A stretch of DNA of 64,000 bases from Lama guanicoe (taxonomy: Eukaryota), in NCBI GenBank assembly GCA_013239625.1, contig MU053881.1:1550001-1614000 (forward strand). Reading direction: 5' to 3'. Shown piece by piece: positions 46,201 to 57,378 of the stretch. Each line of letters starts with the position of its first letter. The stretch's first letter is position 1. Below the pieces are notes generated by a model. It searched no databases. It was not told the DNA's origin and saw only the letters and a list, made by a program, of their open reading frames with translations. The translations under genes were made by a program, and so were the position numbers.

Positions 46201-46692
46201 GCCAGCTTTTTTTTTTAATGGAAAATATCTTTGTTTATTTTCTTCTCAAAATATTAAGTGTGGGAAAGTTGGACAAGTGGACATGCTTAGAATGTGTGGG
46301 GTGGAGACCTTCCTTTCAGCAGCTTGGGCCAGCGATTAATTATTAGATTAATTATTGAAATACACAATTTTTAATATGCATATACAAAGTTTTTAAACCT
46401 GAAAAAAAAAAAGTATCTCATCCTGACACCTCCTGCGCAGCCCATAACTGCCAAAGTGACAACCTTAAAAATAAAACGTCTTTAAAAGATTTTAGCATAT
46501 TGTTTATTAGGCCACAAGGAACTTCATGCTCCTTCTCTCTTACCTTGGCGCTGCCGCCTTCTCTTCTGGGAGGAGAAAGTGCAGAGGCTTGTCTTCACAT
46601 TGTCTTGGAAAGAGACAGGAGTTTGGAAGATCTGTGCTTCCATATTTTATCCATTAATTAAAACCCTTCTTTATAATGAGTTATTGCTCTTT

Positions 46693-47500
46693 TTTTCTGA
46701 TGATTTGATTCATTTATTAGAATCATTTGTTCTTTTTTTAAACATTTTTTAATTGAGTCATAGTCATTTTACAATGTTCTGTCAAATTCCAGTGTAGAGC
46801 ACAATTTTTCAGTTATACATGAACATACATATGTTCATTATCACATTTTTTTTTTTGCTGTGAGCTACCACAAGATCTTGTATATATTTCCCTGTGCCAT
46901 ACAGCATAATCTTGTTTATCTATTCTACACTTTGAAGTCCCAGTCCGTCCCTTCCCACCCCCACACCCCCTTGGCAACCGCAAGTTCTATGTCTATGAGT
47001 CTGTTTCTGTTTTGTATTTATGTTTTTTTTTTTTAGATTCCACATATGAGCGATCTCATATGGTCTTTTTCTTTCTCTTTCTGGCTTACTTCACTTGGAA
47101 TGACATTCTCCAGGGACACCCATGTTGCTGCAAATTGCGCTATGCTGTCATTTTTATGGCTGAATAGTATTCCATTGTATAAATATACCACCTCTTCTTT
47201 ATCCAGTCATCTGTCGATGGACATTTAGGCTGTTTCCATGTCTTGGCTATTGTAAATAGTGCTGCTATGAACATTGGGGTGCAGGTGTCATTTTGAAGTG
47301 GCTGCTTCTGGATGTAAGACCAGGAGTGGGATTCCTGGGTCATACGGTAAGTCTATTCCTAGTTTTTTGAGGAATCTCCATACTGTTTTCCACAGTGGCT
47401 GCACCAAACTGCATTCCCACCAGCAGTGTAGGAGGGTTCCTTTGTCTCCACAGCCTCTCCAGCATTTGTCATTTGTGGACTTTTGAATGATGGCCATTCT
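46693..47500 (-). mobile_element. Young 5'-truncated L1 (left copy) with short 3' transduction
   Basis: [41 protein letters not shown]2 end on minus, 3'UTR and T tail. Confidence 0.93.
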
Positions 47501-48340
47501 CTTCTTTATCTATTTTATACATATCTATTTATATTTATCTATTTTAACATATACAGTAATGAGTATATGTTAATCGCAAGCTCCTAATTTATCCCTCCGT
47601 CTGCCCTCCACTTTCCCCTTCGGTAAACATAAGTTTGCTTTCTACGTCTGTGAGTCTCTTTCTGTTTTGTAAATAAGTTCATTTGTATCATTTTTTAAGA
47701 TTCCACATATAAGTGATATCATATAATATTTGTCTTTTTCTTTCTGACTTACTTCGCTTATTATGATCATCTCTACCATCCGTGTTGTTACAAATGGCAT
47801 TATTTTATTCTTTTGTGGCTGAGTAATATTCCATTGTATATGTATACCACAACTTTATCCAGTCATCTGTCAATGGACATTTAGGTTGCTTCCATGTCTT
47901 GTCTATTGTAAATAGTGCTGCTGTATCTTTTTATTTTTTTAATTTAATTTAATTTAATTTAATTTGGGGGGGAGGATAGAGGTAATTAGGTTTGTTTGTT
48001 TGTTATTTGTTTGCTTGTTTGTTTAAATGAAGGTACTGGGGACTGTACCTTGTATATGCTAAGGACCTTGTGCATGCTAAGCATGTACTCTACCACTGAG
48101 CTATACCCTCCCCCTGTATCTTTTTAAATTAGAGTTTTCTCCAGATACATGCCCAGGAGTGGGATTGTGGAATCATATGGTAACTCTGTTTTTAGTTTTT
48201 TAAGGAACCTCCATACTGTTTTCCATAGTGGCTGCACCAATTTACATTCCCACCAGCAGTGTAGGAGGGTTCCCTTTTCTCCTGCATTTATTATTTGTAG
48301 GCTTTTTAATGATGGCCATTCTGACTGGTGTGAGGTGATA
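47501..48340 (-). mobile_element. Older L1 3' part (inverted segment) containing a Vic-1-like SINE at 47934-48113
   Basis: L1 ORF2 end on minus; SINE flanked by 13-bp TSD ctgtatcttttta (47921-47933, 48114-48126). Confidence 0.9.
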
Positions 48341-48399
48341 TGTCTTTGTAGTTTTGATAGAAAGATCACTCTTAAAATAGGTATAAAGAGCAATAATTC

Positions 48400-49044
48400 C
48401 CAGTCAGAATGGCCATCATTCAAAAGTCCACAAATGACAAATGCTGGAGAGGCTGTGGAGAAAAAAAGACAGATGACAAAGAAGAGGTAGTGTATTTATA
48501 CAATGGAATACTATTCAGCCATAAAAATGACAACATAGTGCCATTTGCAGCAACATGGGTGTCCCTGGAGAATGTCATTCCAAGTGAAGTAAGCCAGAAA
48601 GAGAAAGAAAAAGACCATATGAGATCGCTCATATGTGGAATCTAAATAATAATAATAATAAATACAAAACAGAAACAGACTCAGACATAGAATACAAACT
48701 TGTGGTTGCCAAGGGTGCGGGGGGTGGAAAGGGACAGACTGGGATTTCAAAATGTAGAATAGATAAACAAGATTATACTGTATAGCACAGGGAAATATAT
48801 ACAAGATCTTGTGGTAGCTCACAGCAAAAAAACATGTGACAATGAACATATGTATGTTCATGTATAACTGAAAAATTATGCTCTACACTGGAATTTGACA
48901 CATTGTAAAATAGCTATAACTCAATAAAAAATGTTAATAAATACATACATACATACATACACACACACATAATTATCTCCCCCTACCCAAAATAAATAAT
49001 TTTTTTTAAACATGCTATAAATAAATAAATAATAATAAATAAAT
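48400..49044 (+). mobile_element. Young 5'-truncated L1 (right copy), internally deleted
   Basis: Near-identical to reverse complement of 46740-47500 but lacks ~230 bp after ggctgtggaga. Confidence 0.93.
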
Positions 49045-49060
49045 AAAATAGATAAAGAAG

Positions 49061-49210
49061 GACCTACTGTATAGCACAGGAAACTATGTTCAATATCTTA
49101 TGATAGCCTCTAATGAAAAAGAATCTGAAGAAGAACTGAATCACTTGGCTGTACACCTGAAACTGACACAACATTGTAAACTAACGACACTTAAATTTTA
49201 AAAAATAATA
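49061..49210 (+). mobile_element. Distal 3' end of the older L1 split by the inversion
   Basis: gacctactgtatagcacaggaaactatgttcaatatc continues the element that ends ...aaaatagataaagaag at 47501 on the opposite strand. Confidence 0.85.
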
Positions 49211-49594
49211 AACACACACACAAATCATTCTAAATACCTGAAGCCATTGAGGTTTCATCTCATCCCCTCCCGATTGTCACTCTCTTTAGCAGAACGTCTC
49301 ACACCATCAGCTTAACATCTATTTTTATTTAAATTTGTGTAATAGCCCTTCCATCTTGCTAATTTAAAAGGTAGCCATCATATCTCTCTTCTTTTAAGAG
49401 AGAAAAGCCTCAAAGCCAGAAAGTGCTTTTACAGTTGCGCTGCTGGCTCTGCAAACCTGTGGAGGCATCCAGCCCCTCAAAGCCCACTGGTGTCTCTGCT
49501 CAGGGCAAGGGGAGTGAGAACGGTGCCCAGCACAAAGGGCCACCTGGGGAGTGAGGTGGAAAGCGTGGATGAAACGCTCTAACTTGGGGCCTAC

Positions 49595-49978
49595 GTGTCA
49601 GTCTGCTCCAGCTGCCATCACAAAACACCAAGGCTGGGGGCTTTAACGCAGAAATTTATTTTCTCACAGGTCTGGAAGCTGGAAATCCAAGACCAAGGTG
49701 CTGTGGGGGTCAGGTCTTGAGCAGGGCTCTCTTCTTGGCTTGTAGACAGGTCCTTCCTGGCTTCTCGCTGGGTCCTCCCCAGTGGAGAGAGAGAGAAAAG
49801 GAGAGATATCTCTGGTATCTCCTCCCATTCTATGTGGACACAAATCCTGTGGGATTGGGGCCCCACCCTTATGACTTCATTTAACCTTACTACCTCCCTG
49901 AAGGCCCACTGGGGGTGGGGGTAGGGGAAGACTTTAACCTCTGAATTAGGGAAGGGGCGCAATTTTGTCCCTAACAGC
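49595..49978. mobile_element. MLT1A-type LTR
   Basis: tcagtctgctccagctgccatcacaaaacacca...ccccacccttatgacttcatttaaccttactacctcc. Confidence 0.85.
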
Positions 49979-52900
49979 CTGGGACACAAAATACAGCCCA
50001 CAGGCTGAGCATCGTGAAATTAACACTTTACCCAGAAGGATGAAATCCATAATCCCCATTGTTACCCCAAATCCGGCCCCTGACCGTACTGCCAGCCTTG
50101 TGCCTCCCCCACGGATCCGCCCTTGGACCACCCCCTCCCCTGCCCCACACGTGTCCCTTACCCAGCATACCCTCTCCTCATCCAAACCCACACAGTCTTC
50201 CTGACCCCTGAGACCAGGTCAGGCCCCCGGTTACCCACCCTGGCAGCCCCAGGCACCTCCTGCTGGGGACCACTTGTACCTTCTGGGATGTCTTTCCACC
50301 GAGCTCAGTTCCCTGGGCCGAAGCCCACTGAGCTGTGTCCCCAGCATCGCACAAAGTGGACGCTCAGAACGTGCTTGCCGGTGGATCACCCACATGTGCA
50401 CACACGCAGTCGCTCATTCACTAGCAGAAAATGTCACTCGTCCCTCTACATCTCAGACTGCTGGTTAACTGCCGGCACCAGAGCTAAGTGCTGTCCTCCC
50501 TCAGTCCTTATCATGCTTTGTCTCCCCTCCCCTCTTTCTTTACCCAAAGTCAGAATCCTCCTTGCCCCACCTCTGTGGCTGGCCACATGGCTCTCTCCTG
50601 GTTTATTTCTGAGCGATTTCAAACTACGTGGGCAGCCAGATACCGGTTACCAAGGCTCCATGTGGCCGGAGGTCACTCCTGCACCAACCTGTCGGGGCAG
50701 GTGCTGGAGCTCTGAAGTAGCTTTGGTCCTCCTGGCAGCCCGGGAGACGACCCCGGCTGGCTTTGTCCCTCTTTGGACAAGAGGATGCGATGTGATTGTA
50801 GAATGGCGGCTACTGTGCCACTCGGCTTTTTAAAAAACAGGGGTTTGATGCAGCAGAGCCCATGGTCCAGAGACAGCAGCTTGAGCACTGGAGGGAAAAG
50901 CCTGAGCCCTGGGCAGGGATGAGAAGGGAGCTGTCCTCAGTCGAGGCTGGGGAGGCAGAGCAGGTGGGCCATGCAGGCCTAACAGGCCAGGGGAGGGAGG
51001 GGTGGCCGGAAACCCACCCCGCGGTCCCTCTGTTCATCCAGCCATGTTTCCTGCCTGCTCTGCTCTGACCCCATGCTGGGTGCTGGGGCCGTGCTGGCCA
51101 CTCTTCTTCACGCATCAGCCCAGTAAACCCTCTCTGTGCACTGCGATGGGTGCTGGGATCCCAAAGGGATCTGAGATCTCGCCAGGTGAGCCAATGATGT
51201 CCAAGCACCAAAGACTGTGATGGAGAAATAGGCCATGCTTCAGAGCAAGATGGAGTCAGGAACAAGGAGGAACAGAGGGACAAGGCCAGGAAGTCTTCCT
51301 GGAGGAGGTGGCATGGTCACTCTGCCCTGAGACATGATTAAAAGCTGGCTAAGTGGGAAAGTGCTCAAGGTCATTTTAGGCAGGGGAAGAGTGAGTCCCA
51401 GACCTAGTCTCTGGGTGCTCAGCCAGCTCTGCTTAGTAACCTGATCGTAGGACGCCTGGAGAGGAGGACCTGGAAGGCCGAGAGACCAATTCGAGCTGGG
51501 TCCTCGAGCGGGCGTGCAGTGGCTTCACTGGGGTGTGGGGGCTTTTCCCAACTCCACCCACCCTCTCCAACCCCAAGAGGGAGAGAAGAACGCAGGGGGA
51601 AGCCAGAGGCTCACCCCCATCAGGGCCACTGCAAGGGGTTGCGTCCTCCAAACCACACCCACAGTGAGACTAGAGCCACACAGACACCCCACCCAAGTGA
51701 GGAGGAGCCCGGGGCCCAGGTAGGGGCCGGGAAGGCAGGAGGAGGACCAGGTCATTCATTCATTCCTGCCATCAACAGTCCTGTGTCCTTGTGGGGCTTG
51801 CCTGCTACAGCAGGGAGACAGAAAACAAACAAAATACAGCCTCCAGTTACATCGATGCTGACAGCGCTGGGGAGGAAGATAAGGCAGCAAGAGGAGAGGA
51901 CGGGGCAGCCAGGCGTGGGGTGAGGGGCTGGGATGGCACTGCCATGGGGTAAGGGCTGCCAGGAACCACTTTTTTTTTGCTGCCAAATCCACTGTGACTT
52001 TAATAAAGTGAGAAAGGAAGCCAGCCCCAGCGTCTCCGTCATCGCTGGTTACCCGCCCGCTGGGCTCTGTCGCCCACCAGCCCTAAAGGGCAAGGGGCTT
52101 CCCTCTACCTCGGTCACATCTTTCAGTCTGGGCTCCCCCCAGATCCCCCCACTCCCAGCGGCCTGTCCCCTCTGTTTTCTCTGCTCCCAACTCATCGTGT
52201 GTTTTTACCTTGGGAAAAAAACCCAGGCATGGAAATCTCTTAATACAAACCAGATGAGGGGGCTGGTGAAAATGTTTTTCTCCACATCAATCACCCGGGT
52301 CCTTGCTGTGCTGAGAATTTGGTAAGGCCTCATCAGAGCTCCTGCCAAGAATCCCTTCCAGACTTTGCCTGACAAGACACAGGGAAACAATGCCGCCTTC
52401 TGTGTGGTTCGTGAAGCGCCTTTTCACACGTGCTCAGTCCCTCTCCCTGCTTGGATTCAGGTGGGATTGGAGGGTCAGCCTGTCGTGCCCGTGCCGACAG
52501 GGGAGGCTGACCCTCTGCAGTGGGGAGTCGGGCCTCCTGCCAGCAGCCAGTGGGCCCCATGGCCCCCAACCCCGGCCCTGTGCAGGGAATGCATGCTCGG
52601 GGTCTCAGATGGGAAATGCTGGATTTGGAGCAGGTGGCAAGTTGGACCCAGGACCTTAGGAATCCCCTCCCCAAATTAGGCTTAGGGAGACATCAGGCAT
52701 CCATGAGGGCTGGTCCCGGCAAGAGGCCCTGCAGACCCTCCCTCCCCTCTCAGGGCAGAATGCACTGCGTCCAGGCAGAGAGCTCAGCCCAGGAGCCAAG
52801 TAACGAATGGGCGTGAAGGCGCCTTGTGAACCGTTTACCAGCCGTGACGATGTCATCACCGCTGTCCATTGTCTGGCAGCAAATCTGAGCCGATGCCCAC

Positions 52901-53464
52901 CTGGTCCAGCCTGTGAGGTGCGCTGAGGCCACACACCAACCAGCCCTCTCCTGATGGGGGAGGGGCTTCAGTCAGGAAGCAGTGTGACCAGGGCTGCGAT
53001 GAGGAGGGATCTGGTGTGGGGGAGTCAGAGAGGGCCTTGACCCAGCCAGGGCCAGTTTGGGGTGACTTCCTGGCCCTCTCTCCCCTCCTCAGTAAGCTCA
53101 AAGGGGAAAATAGCGTGGGGGGGTGTTTTGAGCAAAATAAGAACATGGCAGATGATGGTACCTGAGGGTCATCGCGTAGAGGTGCGGCAGGAGCAGGTGT
53201 CCCTGCAGGAGACTTGAAGGTGAGGCACAGCTGGTGGGAGGAGCCCCCTCAGGCCAAGGGCAGCAGCTGAGGAGCCCAGGGGTATGATCGGGGCTCAAGT
53301 GCAGCTGGAGCTGGGGTGGGAGCCAGGGGCTGTGGGGGGAGCAGAGGCTGTGAGGAGCCCCTGGAGGGCAGGGAAGTCCCCTGAGGGGCACCACTACGAC
53401 CAGGAGACATGAATTTGGAGCAGGAGAGAAGATCAAAGACCTGGACCCCTCTTTAAAAGCCTCT

Positions 53465-54026
53465 AGAACTCTGCTGTCCAATACGGTAGCCAGTAGCCCC
53501 TGCGTCTATTTCATTTTTTCCCATATTTTTAAAATTGAGATATAATTCCCACAACATACAATTCATCACTTTCAAATGTGCAGTCCAGTGGTTTTTCATG
53601 TATTCACAGTGCTTGCAATCATGTCCACTGCCTGATTCCAGGACATTTCCATCACCACAAAGAGAAACCATGGCAGTCACTTCCAGTCCCCACTTCTGCC
53701 CACATCCAGCAGCCACTCATCTACTTTCTGTCTTTGTGAAGCCAGAGTCCTGTTCTGGACATTTCATATAGTTGGAATCATACATACACACCTTAATTTC
53801 TGCCTGGCTTCTTTCACTTAGAATCATGTTTCCAAGGTTCACGCATGGCTGCTTAAATTTAAATTAGTGTTCAGTGAAATTACTGCGAACAAAAACAACA
53901 AAATAAAATTATAAAAACTCAAAAACAAAAGTTCAATGAAATTAAAAGTTCCAGGAGGGTACAGCTCAGTGGTAGAGCACGTGCTTAGTATGCACAAGGT
54001 TCTGGGTCCAATCCCCAGTACCTCCA

Positions 54027-54063
<37 letters not shown>

Positions 54064-54255
54064 TAAACCTAATTACTCCCCCCCCCAAAAAAAGTAAACA
54101 GTGGCACATTAAAACAAATTAACTTTAAAAAAAAATTCAGTTCTTGCGCTGGGCTGGTCACATTTCAGCTATTCAATAGCCAACATGTGGCTTTCAGCTT
54201 CCACGTGGGACGGCTCAGCAAACATGTCCATCGTCACAGAAACCTCTCTAGGTGG
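53465..54255. mobile_element. MER3-type hAT element split by an L1MB fragment (~53530-53845, minus) and a Vic-1-like SINE (~53953-54135, plus)
   Basis: ctgctgtccaatacggtagcc..., aaattcagttc...cacatttc...caatagccaacatgtggct..., tccatcgtcacagaaa resume across the inserts. Confidence 0.75.
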
Positions 54256-55204
54256 TGCTCCAAGTGCCCCCAGTGGACAGCGAGGCCACAGAGGAGCAAG
54301 AGGGGACGTGAGCAGGGCCACCACCCGCTGCAGGTGGACTCACGGCCCCTTCTCAGATCCCCAAAGGTTGTAATGGGAGCCACCAATGATTTTTGCTATT
54401 TCAAAAATGGATGAAAAATCATGCCTGGCGAGGGGTCGGCCTCTCAGGCCCGCCCGACCCTCGGTGTCTTGGCTTTCAGCTGGAGCGCTATCCGCCCGCG
54501 TGGAAGTCTGCCTGTCCACAGCCGTCAGAGGCGCTGACCCGCCACTGCGTGTGGCTCTGATTAATAATGACGGGAAAACACGTTAGCTGTCACTACACAA
54601 ACGCAGCTCGGGACACATGATCTTTTCATGGGGGAAGGAAAATAATAAAAAGGCCCCTTATGTGATCTACCCCCTAGAGGCAACCATTACTAGCGTTCTT
54701 GTTGACAGCTTCCGGGTTCCCATTTGGCGGCTCGAGTGAGGGTCCGTAAATGGAAATGAACATATATGTATGATCTTTAAATGTACGTAGATATTTATGT
54801 TTAACTTTAAAAGATCAACTTAAACACAATTTTCCTTTCATCTCCGACACTTTATAATGATCTTTCTAAAGAGAAGATTGGGCCATTTCCAGAGGCAATG
54901 GTGATGTTCTCTCACCCCCCAGTCGTACCAAGTCCTCGAAACTCGTTTCTGTTTAACCATTTCTGAACGTTCAGGCGATGGGCCCCGTGTAAAAATGAGC
55001 AATTTACAGCTGTCTTGGACTTTCGGAAAAGAGAGAAATCTTGGTCAAAAACACGCTTTTAGGAGAAAAGCATTTTGTGATGGAAAAAATTCAGACATGT
55101 GCCAAGATAGACAGGCATCGCGGACTGAACCCCCATGGACCACATCCAGCTCCAAGAAATGTCACGTCTGCCCCGTCCGCACCCCCTTCGCCTCTTCATT
55201 ACTT

Positions 55205-56110
55205 TGATTTATGGCTTCGTTGTCTGTCCTGTAAAAAGCCTTAACTGGATTTTGTGTTTTATCCAGTCAACTGTCTCAGCCTTTTTACTGAGAAGTTTAT
55301 GGCTCCAGCTTGTCTCTGCTTTTCCTGTGTTGCTTTGTTCATCCTTTCTTTTTATAAATAAAGTTGTTATCTGTACGTGCTTCTGTCCAGGCAGGAACTG
55401 CACCGTGTCCTCGCGTCCCTGGGGTCCCCTTCGCCCGGTTCCCATCACGTTATTAGGGATGTGCTGTCTCTCTTTTTTTCTCGGTCTTAGCTAATTAGGA
55501 CAGGGAAGGGGGCACTTGGGAATCTGACCACCCCTGGATCGTGTGTCTCGGGGCATCTCCTGGGTTTGTCTCTTCTCTTGTCTGAATTATTTCTCCAGGA
55601 CAGTTTCCCACATGGGTCTCTGTGTGGCAGACCGTCTAGGGCCTTCTGCGTGTGAGAATGTCCTGGCCGTCTCCTCTCAGGCGGATGCAAGTTGACTGGA
55701 TGTAAAAGTCAAAGTTCAAAGTTCAGGACTTAGAGCCTCCATCCTCACGTTAGTTCTCAAAACGACTGCTACCTTGTCGTCTTGCAGGCAGCGCTGCTGC
55801 TGGTAACAGTGGTGTCGATCTGCATCTGGCTCCTTTATCGCAGGCTGTGCTCTCCTGAGACTTTTTGACCTCTCTGTGTCTGAGAGTCTTCAGTTTCACT
55901 GTAACATGTTGAGATAGGGGTTCTTTCTTCTTTTTTTTTTTTAAACTGAAGTATAGTCAGTTACATTGTGTCAATTTCAGGTTTACAGCATCATTTCCCA
56001 GTCATGCGAGATAGTGATTCCTTCTTAACTCTATCTAGTGTTCTGGGGCCCTTTGCAATCTGAGAGCTTTCATCTTTCTTTAAGCCTGGAATCTGTCTCT
56101 ATTATTCTCC
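55205..56110 (-). mobile_element. Old L1M antisense fragments with a short young L1 tail (~55930-56005)
   Basis: ggattttgtgttttatccagtc..., ttgactggatgtaaaagtc; aaactgaagtatagtcagttacattgtgtc. Confidence 0.6.
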
Positions 56111-57072
56111 TCTGTTTTAATCATTTCCGCCTACAAGTACTACTGGCAGCCTCTATGTCGTACATTAAATCTGGCTTCTTATTTAATAGGAATACATAGA
56201 AATAGAAAGGGGGGCTTGCAAAAGAATGAATTGAGAATTATTGGCATATCACAGCCATCTTTTTATTAAAATAAATTAGTGTTCCCAAAAACCCGTTCCA
56301 TCCCCTCCACGTGCTGGCTCTGTGTGTGGGTTTTCTCCTTGCCACTCACATCAGCCTCTCGTAGTAGATCCTGCTTTGCGGACAAGGCATCTGCAGCACT
56401 GGGGGGTGAAGGGCCCGTCCAAGGTCACACAACGGGACACAGTGGCCATGGGGATGCACCTCTGTCCTGAGGACTCCGTCAGCAGGGCCCTTCGATTGGC
56501 CGGGGACTGTCCGGGTGGAGGTTCTCTGACTTCTTTGCTGAGCAGCTTCGGCTGAGGGCTGCTGGGTATCACTCTGCTTCCCCCATGACCCGAAACGAAG
56601 AAACATTTGCACTGAGAACAGCGTCTCTCACCTGGAGCTCTGGCAGGTCTGGGATGAAGAGCTGTCAGGTGACAGCTCACTTTGTAGAATCTCTAGCAGC
56701 AAGCGCTCTTTCCCCTGGGCCAAACCATCTCTCCTGTGCTTGTTCCCCTGAGCCTGTTTCTCCTGGTCTCACGCATCCTGGTCTCCACTGGTGTGCAGGT
56801 AGCCTCCCAGGATGCACCAGGTCTCTGTATTCCTGGCCATGCCAGCCAGGTCTGTCCAGCTTGGCAAGGGCAGTCTGAGCAGGGGCACGGGGCTCCCTCC
56901 ACGTCTCCGGGTTCCCTGGGCAGAGGCACAGATCATTGCTCTAGGTTAAGTGATACTCCTTTTCCTGCGTCCCACTGGCTGAAGCACCTGGGGCTACATG
57001 CAGGGTTTGGCAGCTTTGCTCCACCCAGACTTCAGCAAGTGAACACACAATGCAATGAGACAGCAGGTTGAA

Positions 57073-57378
57073 CTTTTTTTTTAATTGAAATATAGTCAGT
57101 TACAATGTGTCAGTTTCTGGTGTACAGAATAATGTTGCTGCCATACATATATTCGTTTTCACATTCTTTTTCATTCTAGGTTACTATAAGATATTGAATA
57201 CAGTTCCCTGTGCTATACAGTAGAAACTTGTTGTTTATCTATTTTATATACACTAATTAATATTTGCAAATATTGAACTCCCAGTGCGTCCCTTCCCACC
57301 CTCTTCCCCCTGGTAACCATAAGATTGTTTACTATGTCTGTGAGTCTGTTTCTGTTTTATAAAAGTTCATTTGTCATT
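57073..57378 (-). mobile_element. Lineage-specific L1 3'UTR
   Basis: T tail, aattgaaatatagtcagttacaatgtgtc...ggtaaccataagattg. Confidence 0.9.

Larger units (their letters stand above)
34288..46643 (-). pseudogene. Decayed multi-exon gene A with ankyrin-like repeats
   Basis: Candidate exons: 46643-46544 (aatATGG, MEAQIFQTPVSFQDNVKTSLCTFSSQKRRRQRQ, GTAAGA), 45324-45154, 44733-44554, 44470-44300, 44038-43893 (PWEYLPQSPAFPKSLLRVIREQL), 42947-42906 (weak), 42620-42602, 42302-42242, 42128-41951 (EFFNGKHILEFGLND), 41540-41455, 41275-40719, 40254-39580 (MMHLAA, DTICHI..YRELL, KTSL, KKGD), 39257-39194, 37778-37725, 35819-35796, 34436-34288. Phases chain consistently; stops and AG->AA/GG acceptors present. 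Confidence 0.68.

Noticed and set aside
50123..50833. 236-aa plus-strand ORF
   Set aside because: TTG start, no recognisable motif, several frames open as expected in GC-rich DNA
52209..52341. GBP/atlastin-like FVLRDF motif
   Set aside because: No P-loop or DTEG motif found in upstream candidate exons; a six-residue match is insufficient
7660..54135. tRNA-like sequences with A and B boxes
   Set aside because: Nine diverged copies with A-rich tails, some with TSDs: SINEs, not tRNA genes
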